Shown: one piece after another, positions 1 through 11,700 of the stretch
How the letters are laid out: every line of letters starts with the position of its first letter
Position numbering within the stretch: the first letter of the stretch is position 1
From: the human T2T-CHM13v2.0 reference genome, Homo sapiens
DNA length: 64,000 nucleotides
Reading direction: 5' to 3' (one strand)
Assembly (NCBI RefSeq): GCF_009914755.1
Contig: NC_060927.1
Notes under the pieces: model-generated
The model's input: the letters and a program-made list of their open reading frames with translations, nothing else
The model's database searches: none
Told to the model about the DNA's origin: nothing
Translations under genes and position numbers: made by a program

Positions 1-29
1 CTCATTAGCATGTTTCCTTAGACACATAA

Positions 30-130
30 TTTAACCTCAATTTTCTCATCTGTAAAATGAAAATAATAATTGTGCTTTAACTCAAAAGCCAAAGTTTAGA
101 CACATACTGCACTGTAATAGGCATGATGTT
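30..130 (+). mobile_element. MIR fragment
   Basis: MIR core-like cctcaattttctcatctgtaaaatgaaaataataat. Confidence 0.5.
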
Positions 131-355
131 CAATAATGAAATAGCTATTATTATTATTTTGCTATAGAGAAAGATATATAAGTAACATTAAAATTTGGAA
201 ACAAGTTTTCCATATTTTCCTATTAATTAAAATATTTATTTTTCTCTTTTATTGTTTTATATATTTTATGCTTTTATGGTCATTGCAGGAATGGAAGTTT
301 AAGGCTCAAACTTGCAATAAGTAGAGCCAGTTTTAATTATTTATGCTGCTGATAC

Positions 356-446
356 TCAAAGTTTAGTTGAAATTTTAACTAGTTTTTGGTTTGTTTAAAC
401 TAATTCAAAGTTTAGTTGAAATTTAACTATTTTTTGGTTTGTTTAA
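356..446. repeat. Tandem duplication of a ~43-bp unit
   Basis: tcaaagtttagttgaaatttt-aacta(g/t)ttttggtttgtttaa-type unit at 356-398 and 405-446, differing by one indel and one substitution. Confidence 0.9.
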
Positions 447-1687
447 GTCCCTAAAGGTAGATATATTGATTTTAACCTAAAAGCTGTTAACTTAGGATTC
501 TACACTTTGCCATGGAGGAAAAGAGGTTGACTAAGTGCCTCCTTTGAGAAACTTAAGATTTAATTAACATTTTTCCTTTCCCTCTGCTTCATCCATACTT
601 CCTTTCAACAAAAGAGATTTTTCATCCTTTATGTACTTTCTAATATTCCATAGAGGTTTATCACTTTAGTTTTCATAAACTTGCAAAGATGATCTCAAAT
701 AAACGGCTTCAAAAATAGGACATTAACTGTATGTGTTTAAGGAGGGAAGAGATTGTAGTTAGAATACTTAACTAAATGAGTTCTATCAAACATTGGAGAA
801 GTACTTTAGAAAGAGTTTACTAATTGACAAATGTAAAATATGCCGCCCTGAAAATTTTCAGATGTAGTATGGTGTAAAATATGTTCACAAATAAACCTAA
901 AAAGCATGGTGAGTTTTTTCATATATACTCTTTAAACATTTGGTCATGACAAATCTATGTGATGTTTGGGTGGAGACTAGTGCTCAATTATTTCCCAGAA
1001 TGCTAAAATCTAAATGTATGCCAACCGAAAGTCTTTAAATCAGATGTTTATTACTTAAAACTGAAATAGGTTAACCTTTCCTAGATGCTCTGATTAAGCT
1101 TAGTCCTCAATGACTGATGTACACTGGCTTACACTAAAGTTATTAACCTAAGAATCTTCCCAGCAAGTCCATCTCTTTCTTGATATTATGATCTGTGAAG
1201 TTTGAACAAATGTTGTTTTTCTTCAATGTTATTTATCTTTAAAAAAAGTCCAGGAGTAGAAAGTATTCCTGATACTCGATAAACCAGTCCTCTCTGAACA
1301 AGGAAATAAATACCTCTCTCCAACTTTTAGAAACAATTGAATGACAGCCTTCTAGTCTCCTATTACTGAGAAGATTATGTGTGGCTTTAAGACACAAATT
1401 GTACCTTATTAGTCTATATGGCCCTCTACCCAGTACTTTGCCTGAAATATAAGTGATACTCAATGAACGTCATTTTAACAAATAAGATAATAAATTAATG
1501 AGCAGATATAGACCTTTTTAAAACTCATATGACATTTTGCCTGCTCCTTATAGAGTCACAGAGTATATATAAATAAGATGTAATTAGAATTTGTGTTAAT
1601 GAGAATTTAAAATATTGTGATATAGAAAATGACTGTAGACTTTATTTACAGACAAGATACTATAAATTTCCCTTCCCCCATTGTTAC

Positions 1688-1762
1688 CTCTAAAAATTTC
1701 CATGATTTCAAAGCTGTTGAGTTCATTGAACTGTTAATTCTTCCTCGGAGGCAGTGCAATCT
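1688..1762 (-). other. Candidate 75-nt exon (unverified)
   Basis: Minus strand gtttttgttttgcag|AGATTG...TTAGAG|gtaaca; one frame is open ([25 protein letters not shown]); no protein recognised. Confidence 0.2.
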
Positions 1763-1819
1763 CTGCAAAACAAAAACACTCTGGCTCTGTGGTTTACAAT
1801 AAACTTCAAATATGAAGGG

Positions 1820-2139
1820 TTTTTTGTTTGTTTGTTTTGTTTTTGTTTCTGTTTTTGTTTTAGACGGAGTCTCTCTGTTGCCCAGGCTGGAGTGCAGTGG
1901 CATGATCTTGGCTCACTGCAACCTCCGCCTCCGGAGTTCAAATAATTGTCCTGCCTCAGCCTCCTGAGTAGCTGGGATTACTGGTGCGCACAACCACACC
2001 TGGCTAATTGTTTATATTTTTGGTAGAGAGGAGGTTTCATTATGTTGGCCAGGCTGGTCTCAAACTCCTGACTTCTTGATCCGCCCACCTCGGCTTCCCA
2101 AAGTGCTGGGATTACAGGCGTGAGCCACCGCACCTGGCC
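1820..2139 (-). mobile_element. AluS (Sg/Sc-like), full length
   Basis: Dimeric Alu with (TTTG)n tail; TSD caaatatg(a/g)ag at 1807-1817 and 2140-2150. Confidence 0.95.
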
Positions 2140-2599
2140 CAAATATGGAGTTTATTTGCTTGTTTTAAAATATTTATTAGAGAATAATGTGAGTAATTTT
2201 AGTCAGTAATGTGCAGTTATTTTAAAATTCAAAATTATTATCATTTAAAATCTTTTCAATATCCCATTGTAATGGTACCCAAGCGACATTTTTGTGTGGT
2301 AGTGTATAGATCTAGAACATTTATCTGAAGATAAATAACTTTGAAACAGAGTTTAACAATGATTCAAAGCTTGGGAAAAGCCTAAACATTCATCCTGATA
2401 TATCCGAGGAAGTCCTTCCTCTAGAAATCTTTTACACCTATTCCTATGGAAAACTTAGCTTGAATTATACAAGTTTTTCATTCTGTGAGGTCTTTGGGAT
2501 GAATTCCTCAAGTGAAATGAGACACCTCCATTGATAACCCTCTCAGTTACATGAAGTTCCTGCCGCACAGTAAGACATTGTATGTTTTCCTGCCTTAAG

Positions 2600-2720
2600 T
2601 AAAGACACTTTGTTGCAGAATTTAGGTAACTTACTCAAAACCCTCAGACACGTGAGTGACAGAGCCTAGAACACAGTTATCCTAACACTCGATCCAGGAA
2701 TGTTTCTATCACATCACTTC
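2600..2720 (-). mobile_element. MIR fragment
   Basis: tttaggtaacttactcaa...gtgagtgacagagcc resembles the MIR core. Confidence 0.45.
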
Positions 2721-2839
2721 TAATCCTAAATCTAAAAGTGAAATCTAACAATAGCAACCACCACAAGAAAGAGAAATAAAAACATGAAATATTGTCATGT
2801 AAGTCAATTTGTAATGATATTTATGTTTTACTATTCTAA

Positions 2840-3100
2840 TAATAACTAATGCATATTGAGTATTTCCTAATGAAGGTAAAATGCAGGTAATATGCTTAAC
2901 AGTACATCCACTGCGTACTGTGCTAAGTATTTTACCTGCATTTTATTACTTTATCTTTATGGGAACCATCAGAAGTGCATATTAATATTATCTCATTTTA
3001 CAAGTGATAAAAATAGGACTTTAAAAAGTTCAATAACTTTCCTAGCTATTAGATGTCCTGACTAGATCTGACTTCAGAGCTTGTTCTTATAACCCATCTA
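2840..3100 (-). mobile_element. MIR
   Basis: tactgtgctaagtattttac...attatctcattttacaagtgataaaa MIR signature. Confidence 0.6.
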
Positions 3101-3412
3101 TGATTCCAATTTACAGTATCTTCAGGACTAAAGTAAATTGTTAATGTTTAACACTTTAAAAAAAGATACCAGTGGAACACTTGATTTTCTAAAGCACACA
3201 GAGAATTTTCTTTTAGCACGTTAGGTATAGAATGTAATACATTTAACTGTAATTCAGACTGTGAAAATTAAATTATAGAAACCTTGTAGCAGCATTTCTT
3301 TGAGTGTTACATCAGGTACATTTCAGTTAATATTTGAGGATTACAAGATATTTTATTAAAATATGTTTTTCTAACTGTTAAAACTCAGAGTTAATTATTT
3401 TTTCAGCCAGGT

Positions 3413-3414
<2 letters not shown>

Positions 3415-3453
<39 letters not shown>

Positions 3454-3734
3454 AAATAGAGCCTCGCTCCGTCACCCAGGCTGAAGTGCAATGGTGTGAT
3501 CTTGTCTCACTGCAACCTCTGCCTCCCAGGTTAAAGTGATTCTCGTGCCTCGGCCTCCGGAGTAGCTGGGATTACAGGCGCCCACCACCACACTAGGCTA
3601 ATTTTTGTATTTTTGGTAGAGACAAGGTTTCACCAGGTTGGCCAGGCTGGTCTCTAACTTCTGACCTCAGATGACCCACCTGCCTTGGCCTCCCAAAGTG
3701 CTGGGATTATAGGCATGAACCACTGCGCCCAGCC
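3415..3734 (-). mobile_element. AluSx-like, full length
   Basis: Dimeric Alu with an uninterrupted T38 tail (3415-3452); TSD g(g/a)taattttttt. Confidence 0.95.
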
Positions 3735-3919
3735 GATAATTTTTTTATAAATTAGTTCTGCTTGATCAAACAGGAAAAGCTTGAAGGTCAGAGTTTGAAG
3801 TATTTCTGACTTATTTATGAAAATGAGAGAAAAAGAATGCTCTTGTCTTGATGAAAGCCTTATTAAACCGCTCACATTCCCAAATTTGGGATGTTAGAGT
3901 GAAATCTTCAGCCTCGGCC

Positions 3920-4431
3920 CCATTCATGAAAAATCTTGGAAGCAAGTAGTGATTTCTCAAACTGTGATGCCACCCATTTTTACACCAAATATCAGTGTTT
4001 CTGGGACTATCATGCCCCTGGTGGGTGTGTGATTTAGAATGCTAATGAGCGTTGGCAGACCACCGTAGCTCCTGCTGTAATCCTCACACTTTGGGAAGCT
4101 GAGGCAGGAGGATTGCCTCAGGCCAGGAGTTCAAGAACAACCTGGCCAACATAGGGAAACCCCGTCTCTCAAAAAAAAAAAAAAAATGAAAAAAAGAAAG
4201 AAAGAGAAGAAAATAAGAACATCTAATGAAATCCTAGGAGAAACCTAGGTCGAATCAAGCACCATGTTGGGTCCAGTTGGTCTTAGGTCGCTTGACCTAC
4301 ACCCTGGATTTTCAGGGTCTTATCAGTCCCTAGCTTCTGCAGCTATTTGAAGTTTCCTTTTGATAGTCATGTGAAACTGCTGCCTGAAATTTTCTGATCT
4401 CCTGCGATCACCCTGTATTATTTCTGTCTCA
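3920..4431 (-). mobile_element. ERV1 LTR, MER66-like, interrupted by an Alu monomer
   Basis: Reverse strand begins TGAGACAGAAATAATACAGGGTG...cagcagtttcacatgact; similarity resumes past the monomer (taaatcacacacccaccag...ggtgtaaaaatgggtggca). Confidence 0.75.
4054..4214 (+). mobile_element. FLAM_C / left Alu monomer
   Basis: ctgtaatcctcacactttgggaagctgaggcaggaggattgc...ccccgtctctc followed by an A-rich tail. Confidence 0.85.
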
Positions 4432-4840
4432 AAAGGAAAATAAAGCTTGAGACCCCAATTCACTCTACCAAAAGAAAAAAAAAAAAGCTGAAAGCTGAGT
4501 CGTACAAGAATCCGCCTTTCCTTTTGTTCCTAAGCAGATAGCTACAGGCAGAAGGTTAAATATCCCCACAGGTAGCTACTCTATGTTCATCTTATCTTAT
4601 GTAAAGTGTCAGTTTACTGAGCTCCAGAAAAATACATAATTGACTATTGCCCTAGCTGCTCCTTTTGTCCTGCACCTTGTAGATTCAGTAATGTGGCCAT
4701 ACCATTCTTCATTCACCTCCATCCTGCTTTTCCCCTTCAAATATCGAAGCCGTCTAAATCATCCTTAGAGAAAGGCTCAGACTTCTCTTTTAGGCATTGT
4801 CCTTAACCTTGGCAAAATAAACTTCCAAATTGATCAAGAA
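4432..4840 (+). mobile_element. ERV1 LTR of the MER4 group
   Basis: aaaggaaaataaagcttgagacccc start, cttatcttatgtaaa, ccttaaccttggcaaaataaac polyA region. Confidence 0.7.
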
Positions 4841-4965
4841 AAAAGAAAAAAAAATGAGTTTTGCTTGTCCCACCATTTACCCCTGCCGAGTGGTCAGATA
4901 TTTGTAGCAAATTTAGTTATACTCTCTTAATATCTATAAGCAATCCAAACTCCATTCTCATAGAT

Positions 4966-4966
<1 letters not shown>

Positions 4967-5002
<36 letters not shown>
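4967..5002. repeat. (CA)n microsatellite
   Basis: About 18 CA units with one interruption. Confidence 0.95.
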
Positions 5003-5095
5003 AGCAGTTTTTTTGTGAAGGTACTATTTTGTTAAAATGTGAAAGGATGCAGGGTTATCTTTTCAATGTATATTCAACAAATGAAAAGATTTTTG

Positions 5096-5266
5096 GCACC
5101 AGGCATGGTGGCTCACACCTATAGTCCCAATTACTCAGGAGGCTGGGGCTGGACAATCACTTAAGCCCAAGGAGATGGAAGCTACAGTAAGCCCTAGTCA
5201 TATCATTGCATTCTAGCCTAGGCAACAGAGTGAAACCTTGTCTCTAAAAACAAACAAACAAACAAA
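5096..5266 (+). mobile_element. FRAM / right Alu monomer
   Basis: cacctatagtcccaattactcaggaggctg...gcaacagagtgaaaccttgtctct plus (AAAC)n tail; acaaatgaaaa on both sides. Confidence 0.85.
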
Positions 5267-5758
5267 TGAAAAACTATGTTGGGATCTTCCCTTTTGTTCT
5301 TCTCGCTCCTTCTCTTCTTTCCCCACCTCTTTATTTCTCTACTTTCTTCTTTTTTAAAGTTTGTTTTTGGCATTTCTCAAATTATTTTAAAAATTAAAGG
5401 CATCCTTATTGTAATTTTCTAATGTTTTTAATTTTTATTCTGTGTTGTATATATTTAAGGTGATACAACATGATATTTTTATGACTTCTCTCACAATTAA
5501 TATCAAGTTCCTGTTTGTGGTGTGAAGGAATGATGTGTTTCAAGTATTTTATCATGGATCTTCAATTTGTGGCCTTTTACTACCATAGTAAATTGACTGT
5601 AAATTAGAAAGGAACCTTAATACACCAATAAAATCTATAAAAAATTTGTCTGAAAGAGCCATGTCTCTAAAGACAATTTTTAAATAGAGACAAGATGTAG
5701 CATTTTAATACATAGAATGTAAAGTAAATTCAGAGTTTACGTCAGAGGGGTTTTTCTG

Positions 5759-6086
<328 letters not shown>

Positions 6087-6149
6087 TAACCCACTTTCTT
6101 CCTCCATAGATGTATGGTGATGATAGAGTGCCCACTTGCTGACTGTGCC

Positions 6150-6313
6150 TATGTGTATTTAAATAATTTAAAATTTAAAAAAAAATCCAGTTCCTCATTT
6201 GTACTAGCCACATTTTAACTGTTCAGTAGCCCCATGCGGGCTTGTGGCTACTTTATTAGGCACCACAGACATAAAAGATTTCCATGATCATGCAGTGTTC
6301 TATTGGACAGTGC
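6150..6313 (-). mobile_element. MER3 (hAT-Charlie)
   Basis: cagttcctca...ctagccacattt...tgtggctac...ttctattggacagtgc matches the MER3 end. Confidence 0.75.
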
Positions 6314-6357
6314 CACACAACATACTTTGGTATTTAACCAGGAAAGTCAGCAGTATT

Positions 6358-6402
6358 GCAGAACTGTGTGGGTTCAAGCCAATGTTGTTTAAGGGTCAAC
6401 AG
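6358..6402. mobile_element. Tigger-type terminal fragment
   Basis: gttcaagccaatgttgtttaagggtcaacag resembles the Tigger2/MER8 end. Confidence 0.4.
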
Positions 6403-7149
6403 TATTTATATTTTATATTTATATATTTCTTACATTTATATTTACTTTATCTTCTTTCCTTTTTTTCTTCTTCTTCCCTTTTTCCTTCCTCCCTTCTTTC
6501 CTTCATGTCTTTTCTTCATGTCTTTCTCCCTTTTTTATTTTTAATTTCTTTGTAATTTCTCTTTTTGACCGAGTTCATTAACTTTTTTTTTAAAAAAAGA
6601 ACTATTTCAGCAAGACCATGACATTGGCTCACCCACTTTGTATTCATTTAGGAGTGTGTCTGTTTTCTCACCCCCACCTGGTATGGTTGCTAAATCCAGA
6701 TGAGGATAAAGAGCACAGATGTTCTCCTCCACTGTGTGGAAGCCTAGGCTACACTCTTGCCTTATACTTGATCATGTCAAACGCATTCACTAGAAAGGGA
6801 TACAAAGAAGATTCTAAGATTGTGATTTTACCTATAAGTGTATTTAAACAGCAACAACCTATGTCCAGAAGAGAGGAAACAGATTTTCCAAATATCAGTC
6901 TTGGGCCTGGGTCATTATGGGGGAGTGGGATCAATGAGATGAAGGTGGTAAGATCCATGTCCTTAAGGCCAGTCCTTCCGCCCCTTCTTCCACCTTAACC
7001 ACGCAGCTTAGATTGCAACCCAGATTCCTATTTTACTCGACCTGTAGGTAACCTGTAAATTGGTTACTCTCCTCCTGGAAAATCTAAAGTTGTTATATGA
7101 GAAAAAGTTCCAGTCAAGTACTCTGGTGTTTTTCTTGATGTATGGCATC

Positions 7150-7501
7150 TTACACAGTTTGGCTGTGTCCCCAACCAAATCTCATCTTGAACTGTAGCTT
7201 CCACAATTCCCACGTGTCATGGGAGGCACCTAGCAGAAGGTAGTTGAATCACGGGGATGGGTCTTTCCCATGTTGCTCTTGTGATAGTGAATAAGTCTGA
7301 TGAGATCTGATGGGTTTATAGAGGGAAGTTTCCCTACATAATCTCTCTCGCCTGCCACCATATAAGGTATACCTTGCTCTTCTGCCATAACTGTGAGGAC
7401 TCCCCAGCCATATGGAGCTATGAGTCCATTAAACCTCTTTCCTTTCTAAATTACCCAGTCTCTGGTAAGTCTTTATTAGCAGCGTGATAACAGATAATAA
7501 A
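7150..7501 (+). mobile_element. THE1B-like MaLR solo LTR
   Basis: gtttggctgtgtcccc...attaaacctctttcc...ttattagcagcgtg; 5-bp TSD gcatc/gcaac. Confidence 0.92.
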
Positions 7502-8147
7502 GCAACTATGATCAAAATGTAATATGAAAAAAATGAACATTATATTTTTAAATAGCATGTGTGCCACTTACATTTTAAAAACATTCAGTGATCGAGATTA
7601 TCCATTATTCCTGTAAACCCTGCACTCATTATACACAGTGTCTGAAGTGTTAATAGTTCTTATTGGAATCATTGCCCTGCTGAGTTCCCAACATCCCAAC
7701 AATTCAGCACATCTCACCAGTCTCTTTCTCTCTTTCAGCTTGCAGGTAAGCGAATGAAAGTTTTCCCTCCCTTCCCTATGCCTTCTGGATGTGTTTCAGT
7801 CCCTTTGAATTTCAGACCTGCCTTCATTTTAGACACTCTTCTGAGTGCTGAATGCCACAGTTTGAAGTTCACTGCATCCCCCTCAAAAGGCATTAATTCC
7901 ACTCCCAGGTTCTTTCTCTCTGTTGGACACCAAGGGTCTATGATTTTGGAGGAGAATATTTTATTATATTAATGTATTTACAATGCCAAGTATTGTACAA
8001 GTTTAGAAAGGAAGAAGAAGACAAAACACTTTCCTAAAAAATTGCTTATAACCTGCAGTATTCAAAGTCAAGTTTTCATTAGAAACCTTTGAAATTTGCA
8101 TTATAGTATAATTTATAAACATCAAAACAAAAAGCTTTTTTAAGAAA

Positions 8148-8283
8148 TTTTTTTGAGACAGGGTCTCACTCTGTAGCCCAGGCTGGAGTACAGTGACACA
8201 ATCACGGCTCACTGCAGCCTCAACCTCCCCACCTCAAGCTGTCGTCCCAACTCAACCCCCAAGTAGCTTGGACTACAGGTGCA
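8148..8283 (-). mobile_element. AluJ, right-arm part of a split element
   Basis: gagacagggtctcactctgtagcccaggctggag...ggactacaggtgca. Confidence 0.9.
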
Positions 8284-8306
8284 CACCTGTAGTCCACCTG
8301 TAGTCC

Positions 8307-8707
<401 letters not shown>

Positions 8708-11700
8708 TAAAGTGATGTACTTTAGATGGTTTGGATCCTCTCTTTTACTGTCATCTATTTTCCACATGCTTTCTAATCCCTTGAGACTTAATATTTAAAA
8801 ATCCTAATTTTAGCCAGGCCATGCATAACAGATCTGTGGAAGAAACTGCATTGTGAAATAAGACCTGTCAAAGCAACAATATTTAAGGGCAGCTTTGATG
8901 TCAAATTGAAGGCTGGCATTTTAGTTTGGAAGTATATTCATCTATTCTTTGACTTCATAAATTATATTTAGACTACTAGTGGCTACAATAATGAAATTAC
9001 TGTGGATTGTAAACATGAGGTATTGCTACTGTGGTCTACCATGTATCCTTAATCGACTCAGTTTTTAAATTGCTAAAATTCAACCTATTTGACTCTGTCA
9101 GAAGAGCTTTAATGTTCTTCATTTGTGCAAACTTTGTTTCTGTCACCCTTGACAAATCCTAATAGGGATTAATTTAGTTACGGGTGACAGGATAAGCTGC
9201 AACGGCAACCCTGCATTCTGCCATGGATCCAAACTAGTTGTGAGCTCTGTTTTTCTTGCTGCAGGCAGAAAGTTTTCTGAATCTACAATGGACACCACAA
9301 TGCCTGACTCTCGTTTCCATCTCTTACTTGTTCTTGTTTAACATAACCTCGTTCTTGTGTGGCCCAATTTAAAATTATATATTGTGGAGGTATTTGCAAT
9401 TGCAGTAATAAATATGTGTTCTACACTTTTTTAATCACTTGCCAGTCTGCATTAGCCTTTTAATTATTAATAAAGTGAAATCCATTGATTTCCTCCAGTT
9501 GTTCGAACATGAGTCTGACCTAATCCTGCCTCAGGCTTGAGGGGTTCTGAGATGAACAGCAAATCCTTGAGCTAAACATTAATTTTGTGGGATTTAAACA
9601 TAGTACTATTTTTTTATTCCTAACAGAAGCTATTTCTTTGTCTTTTTTCTTCTGAATTTGCAGAAGTATTATGAACTTTGGTCTGTTCCGTGTTATACAT
9701 ACGAAACAAATCTTGAACAAAACAAGTTTGTGATGCCACTAAAATTTGACCTTTCTTATTATTTTGTGCTGATATTAGAAGTTTTATCATTGATGCTCAT
9801 AAAATTGTAGGTTCAGAAGACTGTAATCACATTTTAAATTTAAGTTGAGCACCAGTCATTACTACATCATTTTTGTCTTTCTGTGTTAGGAAGAGCTCTG
9901 TTTTCCTGGTTATATTTTAAACCATATTTAAGAATAAATTTGCATTTATTGAAAATTTTCTTAATGAAATCTCATTTTCTATTTTCTTTGTTTATTGATA
10001 TAATATCAATTAACATATTTTTATTCTGTCTGCCTATAGAAATTGAATAATGTATCAATTTCTCTTCTCAATGTCCTTTTACCTGCAAAGGTGTGGTAAG
10101 CAGGATGAAAGGTTGCTTTTGAACAGAAATTTATATTTGGTCTGATTTACCTATTTTCTTTTGGAAAAACACAGTTTAGAGCTTTAGCAGCTGGTGAACA
10201 GCATTAACTAAAACTTCCGGAAGACAAAGCATCATAAGTATAAATGGTCTATCTCATTGTATATGCTAAAATGTTGTTTTTCAAGGACAGAAGAAAAGTT
10301 ACCTATGATAACAGTACCACAAAATGACTAGCACAGAGTAAGTTACTTATATATGTGAATGAATTATTATATTTTATATATAGTTAATTGTATAGTATAA
10401 TTATAATATATAGTAATATATAATATATTTATACTGAACATCAAACAATGTTTAATTATAACAACTACTTTGCAAAGACAACTTCACATAGTTCAGGATA
10501 TTCATATTTATATAAAGTTTATTAAAGTTATTACATTCTGCACAGGCTGATCCCCAAGTCATATATTATTAGTCAACAGTCATTATTTGCTATTCATATA
10601 CTAGCTGTTGAATATTTAACTCAATCAATGTGGTTGTTTCTTACAATGAAATCTGGAGTTCTTTTCTTACTTAAAAAAGATTGCAGAATATTATATATAT
10701 GGTAATTTATTAAAATATAAACTAGACTTTATCAAACTTAGAGTTAATTGTAATATTTACAATTGGAAGCTGAGAAATGGAAGATTACAAGTGCTTATTT
10801 GACCAAACAGTGGCAACAGATTTTGTTTTTATGTGTGCGGCCTCTCCTTATAGAGTGAACCCTCATAACTGCTTCTAATCCCAAATCTCAGGGAATTTGT
10901 TTCCAACACCATAATAGTCTTTCAAAAGCAACGGTGATTATAGTAACTTCAAAGCAGCAAGCATCTGTACTTTAAGAAGGGCCAGTGGAAGCTAGCATCC
11001 ATCTTCCATAAAAAAGCAATCGTGCTTTTCCCTGCTGCCACTTAGAAGAGCTTCCTTGGGGACCTTGTTAGATGCTTTCATGTGAAGACCATTTGACCCA
11101 TTTCTGATTAGTGTGCAGGTTTTCATGGCAGTGGCTTCTGGGAGGGAGATGCCGTTGGCTGGTCGCCTCCCTATTCTTGAAGTGAAAAGAAAACTCTCAG
11201 TGGAATATATTAAGGATAATAAAGGGAAGAAAAAATTCCAGTTAAAAGACTGGTGAAGTATTGAACTACTATTAAAAAAAGCTAATGAAAACGTATTTCT
11301 ATACTGACTGTTAAGAAGAAAGCAGAGCCAGTATCACAGTTCCTTGTTTTGTGCTCAGATGAGTTTTGCGTCTTCATTTCTCTTTCTTGCAATATTTCAG
11401 AAATATATAGTTTGAGAATGCAAAGAATAAATGACTTTAGCTCATTTCACCTTTATTTTGTCAGTTTTCTTTTACCTGAATCATCATGTCTACATTTAAA
11501 ATAACAGTAAACAAGTCTTTATAAGTAACAGGAAAGATAAGCAAGAATGCCTGCATTGTTAATGCTGTAATAATTGTCATCATAGCTTTTTTAGCCTCAT
11601 TTACCTTACCTATCTTCACTCCACCAAATTCACTGTTTCATATGATATTCATATCAGCAATAGTGTTGGTATCAAGATATCGACAAGCTTCTAACCGTAC

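Noticed and set aside
6618-6998. 126-aa ORF in unique sequence
   Set aside because: No recognisable domain and no convincing splice boundaries; the length is attainable by chance in 64 kb.
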